From Chiloscyllium plagiosum (lineage: Eukaryota), in NCBI RefSeq assembly GCF_004010195.1, contig NC_057751.1, forward strand, positions 12,540,908-12,604,907: 64,000 nucleotides of DNA, read 5' to 3'. Position numbers and translations under genes: made by a program. This document shows positions 12,481 through 25,338 of this stretch, one piece after another (positions within the stretch are counted from its first letter, which is position 1; the number at the start of each line of letters is the position of its first letter). The notes below the pieces were generated by a model. That model did not search any database, was not told the origin of the DNA, and saw only the letters and a list, made by a program, of their open reading frames with translations.

Positions 12481-15400
12481 AGACCTTATGACCCTTTAGT
12501 TTTATTTTTATTTTCAGCTCCTCACTTGCCTGTGTCCCCACAGGTCCTGACACCAACTCGGCGACTGTGGCCCCATCCTTCAGACTCTGATATCTGAAGC
12601 AGGTTGCTATTGCTCATGTGAGCACACAAGAGTGTTGACAAGGTCCTCAACCAAGGAGCCTGTTACAGTGAAGCAAAACCATATTATGACCCAATATCCA
12701 TCCACACACTTACTGATTTGTAAGGAAGAAATCACTATCAGGAGAAATTTTCAGGATTTGACCCTTTCCCAGGTGCACAAATCCTTCAAATAGAGAATAA
12801 ACCCATTGTTTATAGGGCTGTTCCAGAACCTGGGTCGTGTCCCTACCTCCACCCAGGGAATCTGGGTTCCAATGCAAACTAACACAGAAGAGTGTCATAA
12901 CATGTTTAAACAGATTGTTTCGAAAATAGTTTTAAAGATTTATTTAACATTGTGAAGGGTACTTGTGATGCAGTGTTAGTGTCCCAACCTGAGAGCCAGG
13001 AGGCCTGGATTCAGATGCCACCTACTTCAGATTGTTATTATTCCTCTGTCAGCTTGAATCTGTTTGGAACACTCTTTCTACCAAGTGGCCAACACATTGA
13101 GTCTGCTCATGAAGATGGGTGAGAAGTAGTGGGAATCATGTCTCATTTTCCTTTTCTGTACTGCACAGAAGATAGCAGAGCCGGAAGAGTATGTGACAAG
13201 GCAGTCATATATAAATGCATTGAGATGATGTTGAATAGGTCTCAAAATGCATTTTGCCTTGGATTACTCTGTATAATATGCTGTTCATGTTTTTGTTGAA
13301 ATGTATCACTTTCCTATCACTTTGTATTTTGAATTTACCATTTTTGTGTCTTTATTAATAAAGGCATGGAGGACAAAAAGATAAAAGTCATTCATCATAA
13401 ATGACTGATTAGGTCCCAACTGGCATCGTGTCTCCAAATCTGTGTCTTAAATTCTTGGGAAAATGTCAAGGTCTTGCGGAGGATGGTTACCAATAAGTAA
13501 ATATCTATTGTCCCTTACATCTAATTCATTCTCTTTCATTTGCAGACTCATGCCTCAGGTACTGCTCTCAAGGTCATTTTAAAAATAAAATTGACATCAC
13601 AGACACTTTCTCTACCTGTTCTTTCTGCCTCTTGTCTCCCCCTTGCCTCCCTTCTGGGATTTTTCAGTCAGGGTGCAGTCTCATTGGCAATGAATACTTT
13701 TCACTAACCCGCACCCCCTCTTAACATTTGCAAACTGTTTTGACTGCAGAATGCTTCATGGACAAGTCTTAGATCTGACATCCATGCGCAAACTTGCAGT
13801 AAAGCTTATTGCTGGCTCCCCTCAGGGTCAGTGTGCCTGAATTGCTATTCCAGCTGAGGTCAGGACAAAGTCAGGCACATTCATGTGACTCAGCATCTTC
13901 ATTTTAATCGTGGCATGGAACACTTGTCTATGATCTATTCATATTGGGGTATAGCAACAGCTTTTATAGCCAGTTTCAGGGGAAGTTTTATGTGCAGGAG
14001 TTTGTATTTTATTTTACCTATATGGGTATATGGGAAGGTAATAGCTCTCTATTTCAGCCACCAAAAAGGAGAGAATTGTTTTGTTTGGCTTGTTTACTGT
14101 CATTCCACTGTTCTGCAGATTCAGAGAATATAAGCTCAGGTCACATCTGTTGTACAATCCCATCTTTCTCTGCAGGATCACAAATAATACCTTGAGTGGG
14201 GTTTTCATACCCACCTACCTTATTGATTACAACGACCCATGTTAATGCAATTGGTTTCAACAGCTTTCTCAAAGTAGGACTCCCTTGTTCCCTTCAACTA
14301 ATGCTCAGTTGGCAATTTTGCTCTTTGATTTTCTTTCTAAATATGTGTTCTGCTGAAGTAATTGATTCAATTATGCAGATGCTTTTAGTCTGTTGCCCCT
14401 GAGGTCTCCACTTGAGCTCACAAGGAGGAAGGACAACCTGACCTCACTCAGATACTCCAGTGTGTCAAACTAAATGCGATTGTCAACCAGCAGTTCAATC
14501 ACGATGTACATTGCAGTCAAGTTTTGATCCTGTCATCAGCCAAAGTCCACAGTCTTAAATTCCCTGAGAGAAATGGGAACACCTTCTTTGATTTTGCTAT
14601 CTCTTCATCAATGTTGTTAAGCCCAATGCTTATTTCCCCCTTTGCTGTCCATATTGGCACCTGTTGTTAAATTCAAATGTAACATTTTGTTACACAGTAC
14701 CACACCGTGCAGACAATTTACACATGAAACAGTCAAAGGAAGGACTTCCGATTGTTCACCACATCCTCTCTCCTCCAGTAATTTCCTTGCTTATTTTTCA
14801 AATTAGGACACACATGCGATATTCATTAAACTGTCACTCAGCTAATAACAACAATTATACTTGAACTGAGTTTACTGACAGCTATCTCTTGTGCAAATTT
14901 GTTTTGATACCCTTTCAGATTTTAGGAGTAACCCCTTTAACCACAGAACCATTAAAGAGATCTTTTTTGTCTTGAGGTGCAGTGCTGAGTGAGGTTGTTT
15001 ATGCAATTTGAGTGTCATAATCTTTAAATCTTTAAAGCTTTGGACTTGGCTACAGGACTCTTTCGACTTTGATGTGGGAGGGGAAAGGTTTCTCCGTGAA
15101 CAAATTGGCACATAGTTTCACGGCTGAAGTGCCAAAAGCACATTGAGAAAAAATACCAAATAAATTGATGAGATAATGATAATTGTCACTATCAGCATTA
15201 AGTCAAGAACAATAATTGCAGACATCTGTTTCTTCCAAAGTTGAATCCAATGACTACATCATTAAACCATTGACCGATTCCATCATGTGCTACTTGATTG
15301 GTGGTTTGTTATTTTAGCAAAAATTGCACAATAAAAGTAGTTCAAGAGCAGTTTGATCAGTGCTCATATGATTCCAAATGCCTCCTCTGCTTCATTCACA

Positions 15401-15994
15401 TCGTAATCAGATTAGTCCATTGAAGAACACAAAAAGAACCTTGAACCGAACGCTTGAGGATATTGTAACTAAATGAAAAGTCTCACTTAGTACTTGTTGT
15501 GAAATGCTCTTGAATTTTGATAGCTGAAAATATTCATGTCCATTTTACCCAGTTTTCACATCATTTTACCTTCTTTAGCTTTAGCTAAGCTTTTGCTGAA
15601 GCCTGTGCCTTCAGGCAGGGACAATATCTGGAGTATAGATAATTCCCCATGAAAGACAGAAAACAAGGAACAGAATGTTGACATTGGGCTCCTCCATCTT
15701 AGACTTTTGCAATTGATTTTGGAGCTCCCTTAAACAGAGGCCTGGCAAAATTGATTGCAGCCATACCTCATTTGAAAGCAGATGACTGTGATTGTTGCAG
15801 GCCAAACATCTCTCTAGGACACCACATAAGGAATTTCACGTGGTGGATATTTTCCTCATCAACCTGTTCAGATTTGTTACGATACACGTCTGGAGCAGAT
15901 GAGACCTTGCCATTGTGGCCTCAAATGTCTCAAACCTTCCACTGCATAGAGTTCTAAGCACAACCATTTCAACTGTTTTGTCTGTGGTAAAGTC

Positions 15995-16270
15995 AGAATT
16001 GGAGATATTTAATGGTGATTGCACAGTGTGGAGTGCCATTTGTGATTCCTATGATATAGAAGCAGTTGATGTCCATCTTCAGAAAGACTTGGACATTGAG
16101 GTTTGGATTCACAAGTAGCAAGTAACATTTGTGCCACCTAAAGGTTGGGCAGTAAACATATGCAACAGGAAACAAATCTAACCATTGACATTCAACAGCA
16201 CTGTCATTGCTGAATCACCCACCTTCAATATTCTGGGGGGTTACTGCTGACCAGAAGCTCAGCTGGTGAG
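15995..16270 (+). mobile_element. Old CR1/L2-group LINE RT fragment
   Basis: GGAGATATTTAATGGTGATTGCACAGTG...GAAGCAGTT.ATGTCC...AAGT.GCAAGTAACATTTGTGCCAC; homologous to 20970-21110. Confidence 0.55.
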
Positions 16271-18263
16271 GCATGTTGGTTGCATGTCCAACTCCAAACT
16301 CCTGAAACAAGTTTCTTACTCAGAACTGGATTGTGACAGGAGTCTCCCAAGGAGAGCAGCAGAACTGTTTTAAGGATGTTCTCAAGTTATCCCTGAGAGA
16401 GCAAATATCCCCACCAGCTGTGGAGAGTGCCTGGCCTGTGACCAGACAAATTTGGAGAGGTTCAGTCAGGAAGGTGAGAGCTTTGGTTAGGAAAATGCTG
16501 AAGCAAAGCTTATGGCTTTGGAGAGATTGCATAAATATCCATATCAGTCATCTATCTCACCTACTCTGGAAAGGTGTATTCTATCTCAAGTAGCAAGTTG
16601 GAGAGGTACGTTTTCATTTCAAGTAACTGTTAGATCATGGGGTTCCAATGCAGGCAGTCAAACTACAGTCCCTTATGATCTGGATCTTCTCAGACACAGT
16701 ATCTTAAACACAGCAGTTGTCTGTAAGAATTGTGGTGTTCACTGAATACATCTGGCTCAAACGAATGTAAATCTTGCAACTCTGTTAAGGAAACAAGTTT
16801 AAGTCATCATGAATCGAACAGGCAATTGTTGTGCAAAAGCTTTGTTTGCTTTGGAGCGTTTTCTGTCCCCGCATGAGTTAATTCACTGTGACATGGGATT
16901 TTCAGAACACTCAGTAGTGGTGAAGAGTTGCAGAAAGCTTGCCAGTAAAGTATGAGGTGCAACAATGTCACAGACTTACTTAAGACAGCTTGTATAATAG
17001 TATACCTCGCTCTTAACTAAAATTCATCTGCCAATTTATTCAGTACTATTCTTCTTTATTCTTGTTTGAGGAAAAGAGAACTTCTGCAAAAAGAGATCTC
17101 TACTGCTTAAAAGAAAACAAACAGGAGTGTTTTTCAGTGGTAGTAGACAGAAGACAAGTTTTCCAAGGGCCAATTGCATTGCATCACTTGAGCATTCACA
17201 TGTTAACAAAGCCTAAGCTGGCCAAAATCTGGGAAATACAATACCAGGATGCAAAAACCAAAACATATGAAATTATTGGAAGAGTGCAACCAAGAATCTG
17301 GAAGTAATGTTTGTGGTATTTGTGGATAGAAGGATGTTGCTGCCATTCATCTTCCCTTGACTGAATCTCAGGGCTGATTTGGCTTAGAGTCTGACTGGAA
17401 CAGCCATAAGTGAGTCTGAACAAAAAAAAAGCTCTGTCTTAACAAGATGTAATTCATTGCCTGATAGCAATTCGTACAAATGACCTTAGCTCGTTAGTCT
17501 TTTTTGTTAAGACTACCAGGAGATACATCTGTCCCCTTGTCTTTCAAAGCAGCTCTTTCAAAGTCTCCACCCAAGACTGCGTGCAGTTATCTGATTAGGT
17601 AGAATTTAATGCAATTTCCAACATTAACCAACATTAAAAACAAATTCAGTTCAATTAAACAAAGAACAAGTTAGACCAAACAGTAGTGTTCCTGACACAA
17701 AGTTGAAAGAACAGACAGCTACAGATAGCACAGCAACTCTACCAAAGAGCGAGCTGTACCAGGACGTAAGCGACAATACTCCTTTCTCCTGACTTTAATC
17801 CAAGTCAAGCCTGCATTCCTGCCAGGTCTCAGTTGTAGGAGATTTACGGCTGGTATTTGAGGGGGAGCAAAAGTATTCGCATACCAAGAATTCAAAATTC
17901 ACTGCAATCAGCAGAGAAACTACATTGTGTCTCAAAACTAATCAATCTGCTTTCACTTCCCCAGGCAGACTAGTTTACGCTTTCGTGGAAGTAAACATCC
18001 CAAATTCAGCATCCTTCAAAATTGTTCATCGTAAAACCAAATTGCTACTCGAGGCTGCAAGCAATAAATCAATGCCATGAAACCAGTTTGTATGGTCATC
18101 TTTGTTAACCTTTTACCGTATCCCTGTCAGTCCATTCATGGGCATTTTCACTCAGCCTCAAAAAAGATTGATTGGGGCTTCTGGATCTGTTGATTGATGA
18201 CACAACTTTCGATGTCAGAATGAGAGACGTTAGAAGCATAAGCAACTCAGGGCAGGTAATGTC

Positions 18264-18352
18264 GTTAGAGTCATAGAGTCATACAGCACGGAAACAGACC
18301 CTTCAGTCCAACTAGACCTTCCTGATCATAAACCTAAACTAAACTAGTCAAT
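18264..18352 (-). mobile_element. Short CR1 3' tail
   Basis: TAGAGTCATAGAGTCATACAGCACGGAAACAGACCCTTCAGTCCAAC. Confidence 0.75.
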
Positions 18353-19399
18353 TACCTTTCCTCAGACCTGGAAAGGTTTTAGGGACAAGCACCTTTAAAG
18401 TAAGCACAGAGCCAAGGGAAAAGGGAAGTGGGGATAAAAAAAGTCAGAAAGGTCTTTTACTGGAGGGCAGCTGATGATGAAATGGTAGGTCAAGAATGGT
18501 GCAAGGAAACAAGAGGTGACAATAAGGAAATTAGGGAAACAAAATATGGATCTACAGAAGCTAACCGATTGCTTGCACATGGTGGCATCAGCGGCAACAG
18601 TGGCAAGCTGTTTTGTATCCTGTCTTTGAAGTGCTCTCAACTGATAATTGCTGCATTCACAATATTACATCTGTACCATGATATAATCTGCCAATTGTAT
18701 AATGTAGTCAGTCTGACTCAGTGTAAAGCACTATGGTCTTTCAGCTAAAATGTTGTGGGTTCTTAGTGTCACTCCTGATAGCTTACCATATTATCTCACT
18801 TGATAGTTCCACTCTTGGATTGGGGCAAGGCTATATTTGAGACATTAAACCAAGGCCTTCCGTTCCAGTATGTCTTTCAAAACAAAGTTCTTCTGGCTCT
18901 ATTTTGAAGAAGTACAGGAGTTGTTCATGATATTCTGGCCAGTATCTATTCCTCACCATTTTAAAAGGCTTTGCCATTTGTGGGAGCTTGTGCTGACCAA
19001 AGCAACTGCCACATTATCCTTCATTGTAATAGTGACTGCGAGTCAAAAGGACATTATTAGCTGCAAATCATTGTGAGGTGTAGTGGAAGTGTGAAAGATT
19101 CTTTACAAACTACATTTCTTTCTTTTTCCACAACTAAGCCCAATGTTTTTATTACAGCAAAATTTAAATCCATGACAATATAGGATGATGATACCACCTT
19201 CTGAATAGGGACATTGTTTTTATCAGAGGTACACAACAATAAGTTTATGTGCATTTGCTGAATGTGAGACTTTAAAATGGAGTTGGAATTCCTTTGAAAA
19301 CTCACATGTAAAAGTGAGAGCGGACAGCAGAGACACTCTAGTTCTGAAGTTAGAGCAAAATCATTCAAGAGTGGGGCGGGGGGAGGGTGGGGGGGCACG

Positions 19400-19630
19400 T
19401 AAAGCCACAAATAGTAGAAATCAAGAATTCTCCTGGTTTGGAGAGTTTTCCTTGTCTCTACCATGAATGCTGGGACAATTGGAGTTTTCAAGATCGATAT
19501 TGACAGATGTTTATTGGGTGTTATGGAATGTAGAGCAAAGACAGGTAAATAGATCTGTGATTTACAGATCATTCACAATCTAATTTATCAGCAGAACATG
19601 TCCAAATGACTGTAAAGCTTCCAGTTCCTG
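19400..19630 (+). mobile_element. Old CR1-type LINE 3' end
   Basis: ATGAATGCTGGGACAATTGGAGTTTTCAAGA...ATTGACAGAT.TTTATTGGG resembles the CR1 ORF2 end and 3'UTR. Confidence 0.45.
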
Positions 19631-20389
19631 GAGGTTACTCTCCTGAAATTGCTCACCTTAGAATGACGGAATTAACAGCTCCTTAAAATATTAACCTAAC
19701 CTGGGACTACTTAAAATACCACAGATGAAGAAGCCCTTTTCTGAACTGTGGGAAACTGGACACTAGAAAAGCGCTTATCCTCACACAGCCTGAAGTCATT
19801 AACCTCCTCCCCAGCACCTTCTATAATGAATGATAATTTCAAAAACAAGCAATGTTTGGTTTGGGAAACAAGCACTGACAGACTTCAGGAATCTAAATGG
19901 ATAAACAGTTTTAAAATAAACAGTGGGTCAAGCACAAACAGAAAAGCATTAATTCAGACAGTGAATAATGACTTTGAACATATGGCCATTCCCAACATCT
20001 AGCTGATGGCACCCCAAGGTTAAGAAAGCGCAACCTCAGTGGTTTGCCCCTAAGTGGTGTTCCTTCCTCTGGTAATGTGAATAAAAGATTGGCTGTTTTG
20101 TGTGATTTATCCTGATAATAAACAGGATGAGTGCTGGCACATTCCAAGTGAGAATTTGTCTTTCTTTGAGTTCAAAAAGCTCCTGGCTTTCTGTAAATAA
20201 TAATTACTCCCCCCACCACTGTTTCCTCAGGTTTTAACATTTTTAGTACCTTTCCAGCCTGCTGGGTTTATTTTGTTTGCTGACCTTCTGTTCTCATTTT
20301 CATCCCGACTGCCAGCAACATCACCAATCTCCTCTTCTCCTTCTCTGAAAACTAATTGCTGTGAGTCACTTGAAAACACCATAGAAAAT

Positions 20390-20530
20390 GGGCGGCATGG
20401 TGGCAGTGGGCAGCACAGTGAAGGGGTAAATGTAGGGGAATGGGTCTGGGTGGGTTGCGCTTTGGCGGGTCGGTGTGGAATTATTGGGCCGCAGGGCCTG
20501 TTTCAACACTGTAAGTAAGCTAAAAAAAAA
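20390..20530 (+). mobile_element. Internally deleted HE1/V-SINE copy (head fused to tail)
   Basis: Head GGGCGGCATGGTGGC joined to GAATGGGTCTGGGTGGGTTGC...GGGCCTGTTTCAACACTGTAAGTAA + A-run; both parts match 21843-22143. Confidence 0.8.
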
Positions 20531-20864
20531 TCTGTGTGAATCTTGTTGTCTTGATAATTACAGGAGGGGGACCATAAATGGCAAAGCAAAGAGCAAAGCA
20601 TCCCAGATTAACAGTTGCTGCCTTAAATCCCAGAGCTGTTGTAACTTAAACCAACTGGTTACCTTCGGGGTAAACTTGACACCGAGTCTTCTGATTTACA
20701 GCAGTGTGAACATCTTGCACTTGGAAACAGGAAGCAAGTAAAGAACTGTTTTCAAAGGACTCAAATGCCCAAACAGCAAATGCCAATACAATGGCCTAGA
20801 TAATTCAAGTCAGCTCATTCCTCCAACTCTGTGAACTGTTGGTGGACTTGTATGGGTATATGCA

Positions 20865-21112
20865 GAGGACAGAGAATGCCACTGCAGGAGTTCCTCATGA
20901 TCGCGTCCTCGGCCCAGTCATCTTCAATTGCTTTATCAAGGACCTCTTCTCCATCATAAGGTCAGATGTGGAGATGTTCACTGATCATTGCAGAGTGTTT
21001 GACACTATTCCTGACTTTATCTAGTACTGAAGCAATTCCTGTTCACATGCAATAAAACCCAGACAGCATTCAGGCTTGGACTGATTAGTAGCAAGTGACC
21101 TTCCATGCCAAC
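20865..21112 (+). mobile_element. Old CR1/L2-group LINE RT core fragment
   Basis: TAGVPHDRVLGPVIFNCFIKDL...VEMFTDH is a degenerate GVPQGSVLGP..F..FINDL...FADD. Confidence 0.75.
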
Positions 21113-21412
21113 CCATTTCATGATCAACAGATCCAAAACGTTTACAAAATTATTCTTAGAGGTCTTGAATGCTTTCCTGATTAACCTAACTTCAAAGTTG
21201 ATGACAGAGTGAGACAAGCTTAGTGCCTACCAAGAGAGTTCCAGCTGACATTGAGTACAACTGAGAAGTCAAGCTGGAAGAATCAGTGGCTCCATAACTC
21301 AGGAGGTCCTAACCATAGGGGATAAAAGATGAGTAGGTTGAGAAATTGTTCTCCGAGTGAAAGTAGGAGAGGCAGTCATCACACAACAGCAGATGAAAAT
21401 GGCATGACAAGA

Positions 21413-21673
21413 AAGTATGTAGGTCATGTATTTATAACAAAAGGACTTAGCTCTGATCCTGACAAGGTAACAGCTGTAGCAGAGGTGTAACAACCAACAG
21501 ATGTGAAAATGGTGCAATTATTCGTTGGATTCATGAACCAGCCAGCAGAGTTGCTGAATTTGTTATCGGTGTGTGAACATCTGCACAGGTTCATTGCTAA
21601 GGATTTGCAGCAATACTGGGACACAGAACAAGAAGCAACTTTCACTCGAATCCAAAAAGTGGCAACAACAGCT
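21413..21673 (+). mobile_element. Gypsy/Ty3 LTR-retrotransposon pol fragment (RT C-terminus and connection domain), pseudogenised
   Basis: KYVGHVFITKGLSSDPDKVTAVAEV*QPTDVKMVQLFVGFMN...CEHLHRFIAKD...WDTEQEATFTRIQK fits the YLGH..G..PDPEKV.AI...P.DVK.VQRFLG..N...W...QE.AF..IK pattern. Confidence 0.75.
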
Positions 21674-21842
21674 CGACATGGTCTGGAAGTCATCAACCCA
21701 AAAGAGACAATGAATCTTGCTCTGGTTAAACACACACCATGGAAGCAATACTCCCCAGGAAAGAAACATCATCCCAGGAGTGACCATATACCACACAAAC
21801 TGACAACAGCAACTCACATATATGTCCTTAAAAGACCCGAAT

Positions 21843-22143
21843 GATTAGATTAGATTACTTACAGTGTGGAAACAGGCCCTTCGACCCAGCAAGTCCACAC
21901 CGACCCTCCGAAGAGCAACCCACCCAGACCCATTCACCTAACACTACGGGCAATTTACCATGGCCAATTCACCTAACCTGCACATTTTTGGACTGTGGGA
22001 GGAAACCGGAGCACCCGGAGGAAACCCATGCAGACACGGGGAAAATGTGCAAACTCCACACAGACAGTTGCCTGAGGTGGGAATTAAACCCGGGTCCCTG
22101 GCACTGTGAGGCAGCAGTGCTAACCACTGTGCCACCATGCCGC
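21843..22143 (-). mobile_element. HE1-type V-SINE, essentially full length
   Basis: tRNA-like head GCGGCATGGTGGCACAGTGGTTAGCACTGCTGCCTCACAG...GGGTTTAATTCC; V-domain TGTGTGGAGTTTGCACATTTTCCCCGTGTCTGC.TGGGTTTCCTCCGGGTGCTCCGGTTTCCTCCCACAGTCCAAA; CR1-like tail ending (AATCT)n. Confidence 0.92.
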
Positions 22144-22144
22144 A

Positions 22145-22275
22145 TTTATTTTTTAAATTCACACGTGGGACATGGACATCTGGCTGGCCAGTGTTGATTG
22201 CCTGTAGCTAGTCGCCTTTAAGGAGATGGTGATGTGCTACCTTCTTGAACCACCACTGTCCTTGAACTGCAGGTA
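22145..22275 (-). mobile_element. 3' terminus of the old CR1/L2-group LINE family
   Basis: Reverse complement resembles 56065-56180 (GGTTCAAGAAGG.AGC.CA.CACCA...CCCAC.TG..AATTTAAAAAA). Confidence 0.55.
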
Positions 22276-22717
22276 GATAATGGATAAAAAGCAGACACAG
22301 AGCCTGATGAAAGAAGATTAGACTAGAATTGTCACAGTTTTGTTCATGAATAATTTTTCCTTGTTGACTACATATGCTGAGTAACTTTGGTAATTTTTGA
22401 TGGTAAATGATAAGGCAATGATTACTTTATGAAAAGGGGATGCTTGGAGAAATGCTCTTGTATATGGGATACTCACTGGCTGCCCATAGTCTTGTGGCCA
22501 CTACCTCTCTTACAAATGGTTTCACTTTAGATTATGGCAGCCATTAAGTACGTGACATGACACACACTTTACTCAGGTTTCCTGTCTGACCATCTTCAGA
22601 GAGTCCCGATTTGATATCCTGTCAGAGCAGAAAAGCATTTCCCAAACCATTTAGTTGAATTATACAAAACAATGATTCATACTAAGTGATCTGCACCACC
22701 TTGAGTGAAATCAATCA

Positions 22718-23482
22718 ATGGACTATTATTTAAATGGTGAAAAATAGCAGCAGACTGCTGTGCAGAGGGACCTGAGTGTCCTTGTACACAAATCACTAAA
22801 GGTTGGTTTGCAGCTGCAGCAGGTAATGCAGAAGGCAAATGGAATGTTGTCCTTCATTCTGAAAGGAAGGTTATTTAAAAACAGGGAGATTGCTCTGCAG
22901 CTGATGAGGCTACACCTGGAGTACTCTGTACAGTTTTGGTCTCCTTACTTGATAAAGGATGTACTGGCACTGACGTGGGTGCAGAACAGGTTCACTCAGT
23001 TGATTCTGGAAATGAAGGGTTGGCTTATCAGGAGAGATTGAGTAGACTGGGACTATAGTCATTGGAATTTAGAAGAATGAGGGGGACCTTATAGTAACAT
23101 ATAAAATTATTAAGGGAATAGATCAAATGGAAGCAGGAAGCTTGTTTCCAATGGCAGGTGAAACCAGAACTAGTGGGAATAGCCTCAAAATAGGCAGAAG
23201 CAGATTTAGGACTGAGTTGAGGAGGATCTTTTTCACCCAGAGGGTTGTGAATCTGTAGAATTCCCAGCCCAGTGAAGCAGTTGAGGTTAGATTTTTGAAT
23301 GTTTTTAAGGCAAAGATAGACAGAGTTTTGAACAGTAAAGGAATTAAGGGTTATAGTGAGAGAGCAGGTAAGTGGAGCTGAGTCCATGCACCGATCAGCC
23401 ATGAACTTATTGAATGATGGAGTAGGCTCAAGAGGCCAGAAGACCTACTCCTGCTGCGAGTTCTTATATTCTTACATTCTTA
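22718..23482 (+). mobile_element. CR1-clade LINE 3' portion, second subfamily with (TTCTTAYR)n-like tail
   Basis: QRDLSVLVHKSLKV...KANGMLSFI...RLHLEYSVQFWSPYL.KDVLAL..VQ.RFT.LI; tail TTCTTATATTCTTACATTCTTA. Confidence 0.88.
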
Positions 23483-23670
23483 ATCTGAGGCCTGAAAGAT
23501 TTGATGTAGGATCTCAAAAGCAGTCTCACGTTTCCCAAAGATAGAACAATGCACTATTTTCCAACAAGAGATATAGATTTACAGTAATAAAACTAATCAA
23601 TAACAGAACTAATTTACAGATTCAATGCCACTTCCTGACACTGCTCACATTGAAAAAAGCTTCCTTCATC

Positions 23671-23745
23671 ATTGAATTGAATTGAATTTATTGTCATGTG
23701 TACAGAGGCACAGTGAAAAGCTTTGTCTTGTCATGTAGGACATTG
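23671..23745 (-). mobile_element. Short Rex1/Babar-type 3' tail
   Basis: (ATTGA)n then TTTATTGTCATGTGTACAGAGGCACAGTGAAAAG; reverse complement resembles 61128-61175. Confidence 0.6.
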
Positions 23746-24321
23746 CAATTTTAACAGCTCAAAGAGATTACAGTGTAGAAGTAATCTGTCTTTAAAATGC
23801 TTTCTCAAAAGTTTTCTATCATTCAGCTTCAACTTGAAGCAGCTCAGAGGGGCAAAGAGCAACATAGATATTAAAAGGGCGACTAAGAGAGATTGTGATT
23901 TCAAACTAAAAGTCTAAGAATGTATTAATGAAGCCCAACTTCAAACTAATGCATGGCAAGTTGATAATGCTAGTTAATCACACATGATTAACACATACAA
24001 GCTATTGGACAGCACAATGAGACAATCGGCTTGAAATCTTTTGAGAAAGAGATTAGAGATGGGGAAATTGCGTCGAGGTCAGTGAGTTAGTGGAGCTGAA
24101 TGGCATTTCTTCAACTTGTACCCATCTAGTGAAAACATAAATGAAGCAAAACAAACTTTATGAAGAACATTTCTCATTTGCAGTTCTTCTTTCATTTTCA
24201 CTCTGCAGATGTGGGCTATTGCTGAGCACAATAAAAATGGAATTCGTAAGCATGTTTCATTGTGATAATGTAAATTTTCTAAATGAGGTTGCATCTGAAC
24301 AAGAATACTTTTGCAAACATT

Positions 24322-24720
24322 AACTTGAGACAGTTGAGAGGACCTCTTCCTTGGTGTCCGAAGGTTTGTAGGTTGAAACTCCATTCCAAGACATTGTCAC
24401 CATAATCTATGGCTGAGGGTACAATACCAATGAATTGCCAAGAGGCACCGTCAGAGATGCCATACTTCAGATAAAGTGTTTGACCAAAGCCTTCTCACAT
24501 AGTTCCATTATTAATGATTCCATGACTCTGTTGCAAATGGAGTAGGTGCTTTTTTTGGTGGCTTGGCTGTACAACATCTGAAAACAACACGATCCAGAAC
24601 AAATTAACACTCATCCTTTATCTCATTTCTGTTTTGTTGATCTACTATGCACAAATGCCTTTTACCTGCCTTAAACTATTGACACATTTCTAAATTAATT
24701 GTGTGTGCATTATCTAAAGC
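24322..24720 (+). mobile_element. SacSINE1/DeuSINE-like SINE, degenerate
   Basis: tRNA-like head (CAGTTG...GAAGGTTTGTAGGTTGAAACTCCATTCCA.GAC) followed by GTCAGAGATGCCATACTTCAGAT core. Confidence 0.45.
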
Positions 24721-25104
24721 ATTGTCTTTTCAATGAACCTATACCAATGTTTATAAACTACTTAAATCTCGTGTCAGTTTAATTGACCTCAGCCAACTGT
24801 AGAAGGAACTTTGACATGCAAAGGACATTGCTAATCCATTTAACATTGCCAATCTGTACCTTGTTATACTAAATAGTCATTCCTCTCCAAACATAAAGGC
24901 CAGGGTATAAATTGCTAAAGTATTGAACTAATTAGATCACTTTGAATTTTGGCTGCAATGGACAAGATCACTTATCAATGGATAAATAACTGTGGTCACG
25001 CAAACTCCTATCTACACAAAAAGATGGCTTTAAACCATGAGAAGAAAAAGGAACAATATAGTTGATCTATAAACAAATGGAGGAAAAGATGTTTGGCTGA
25101 TCAC

Positions 25105-25338
25105 TGACATAACTCCACAGAGGCTAGTGTCACATCACCAAGTCACCCTTTATTTACATGTGGAAGTCCTTGACACTGATCTAGCTCCCTCAGAACCAGC
25201 TCTCAGAGTGGCAGGATGTCTGACCTTCATGTTTTTAATCTGTCAGCCAGGGCTCCACAATTGGACCAGATTAACACCCCCAGTTAGGGAACCCAGATTG
25301 TATGGGGTCCATCTGGCTGACCTTGTTACAATCCTACA
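25105..25338 (-). mobile_element. Solo LTR (234 bp, TG...CA) with 5-bp TSD ATCAC
   Basis: TG at 25105, CA at 25338; ATCAC at 25100-25104 and 25339-25343; AATAAA on the minus strand; homologous to 27509-28634. Confidence 0.8.

Noticed and set aside
13546..13558. Possible 13-nt microexon (TTTGCAG|ACTCATGCCTCAG|GTACTG)
   Set aside because: Weak donor, frame-shifting length, expected by chance
19057..19572. 171-aa minus-strand ORF
   Set aside because: Partly antisense to an old CR1 tail; no protein-like features
21843..22143. tRNA gene-like A/B boxes (also near 46440 and 54340)
   Set aside because: These are SINE heads with no cloverleaf, followed by SINE bodies
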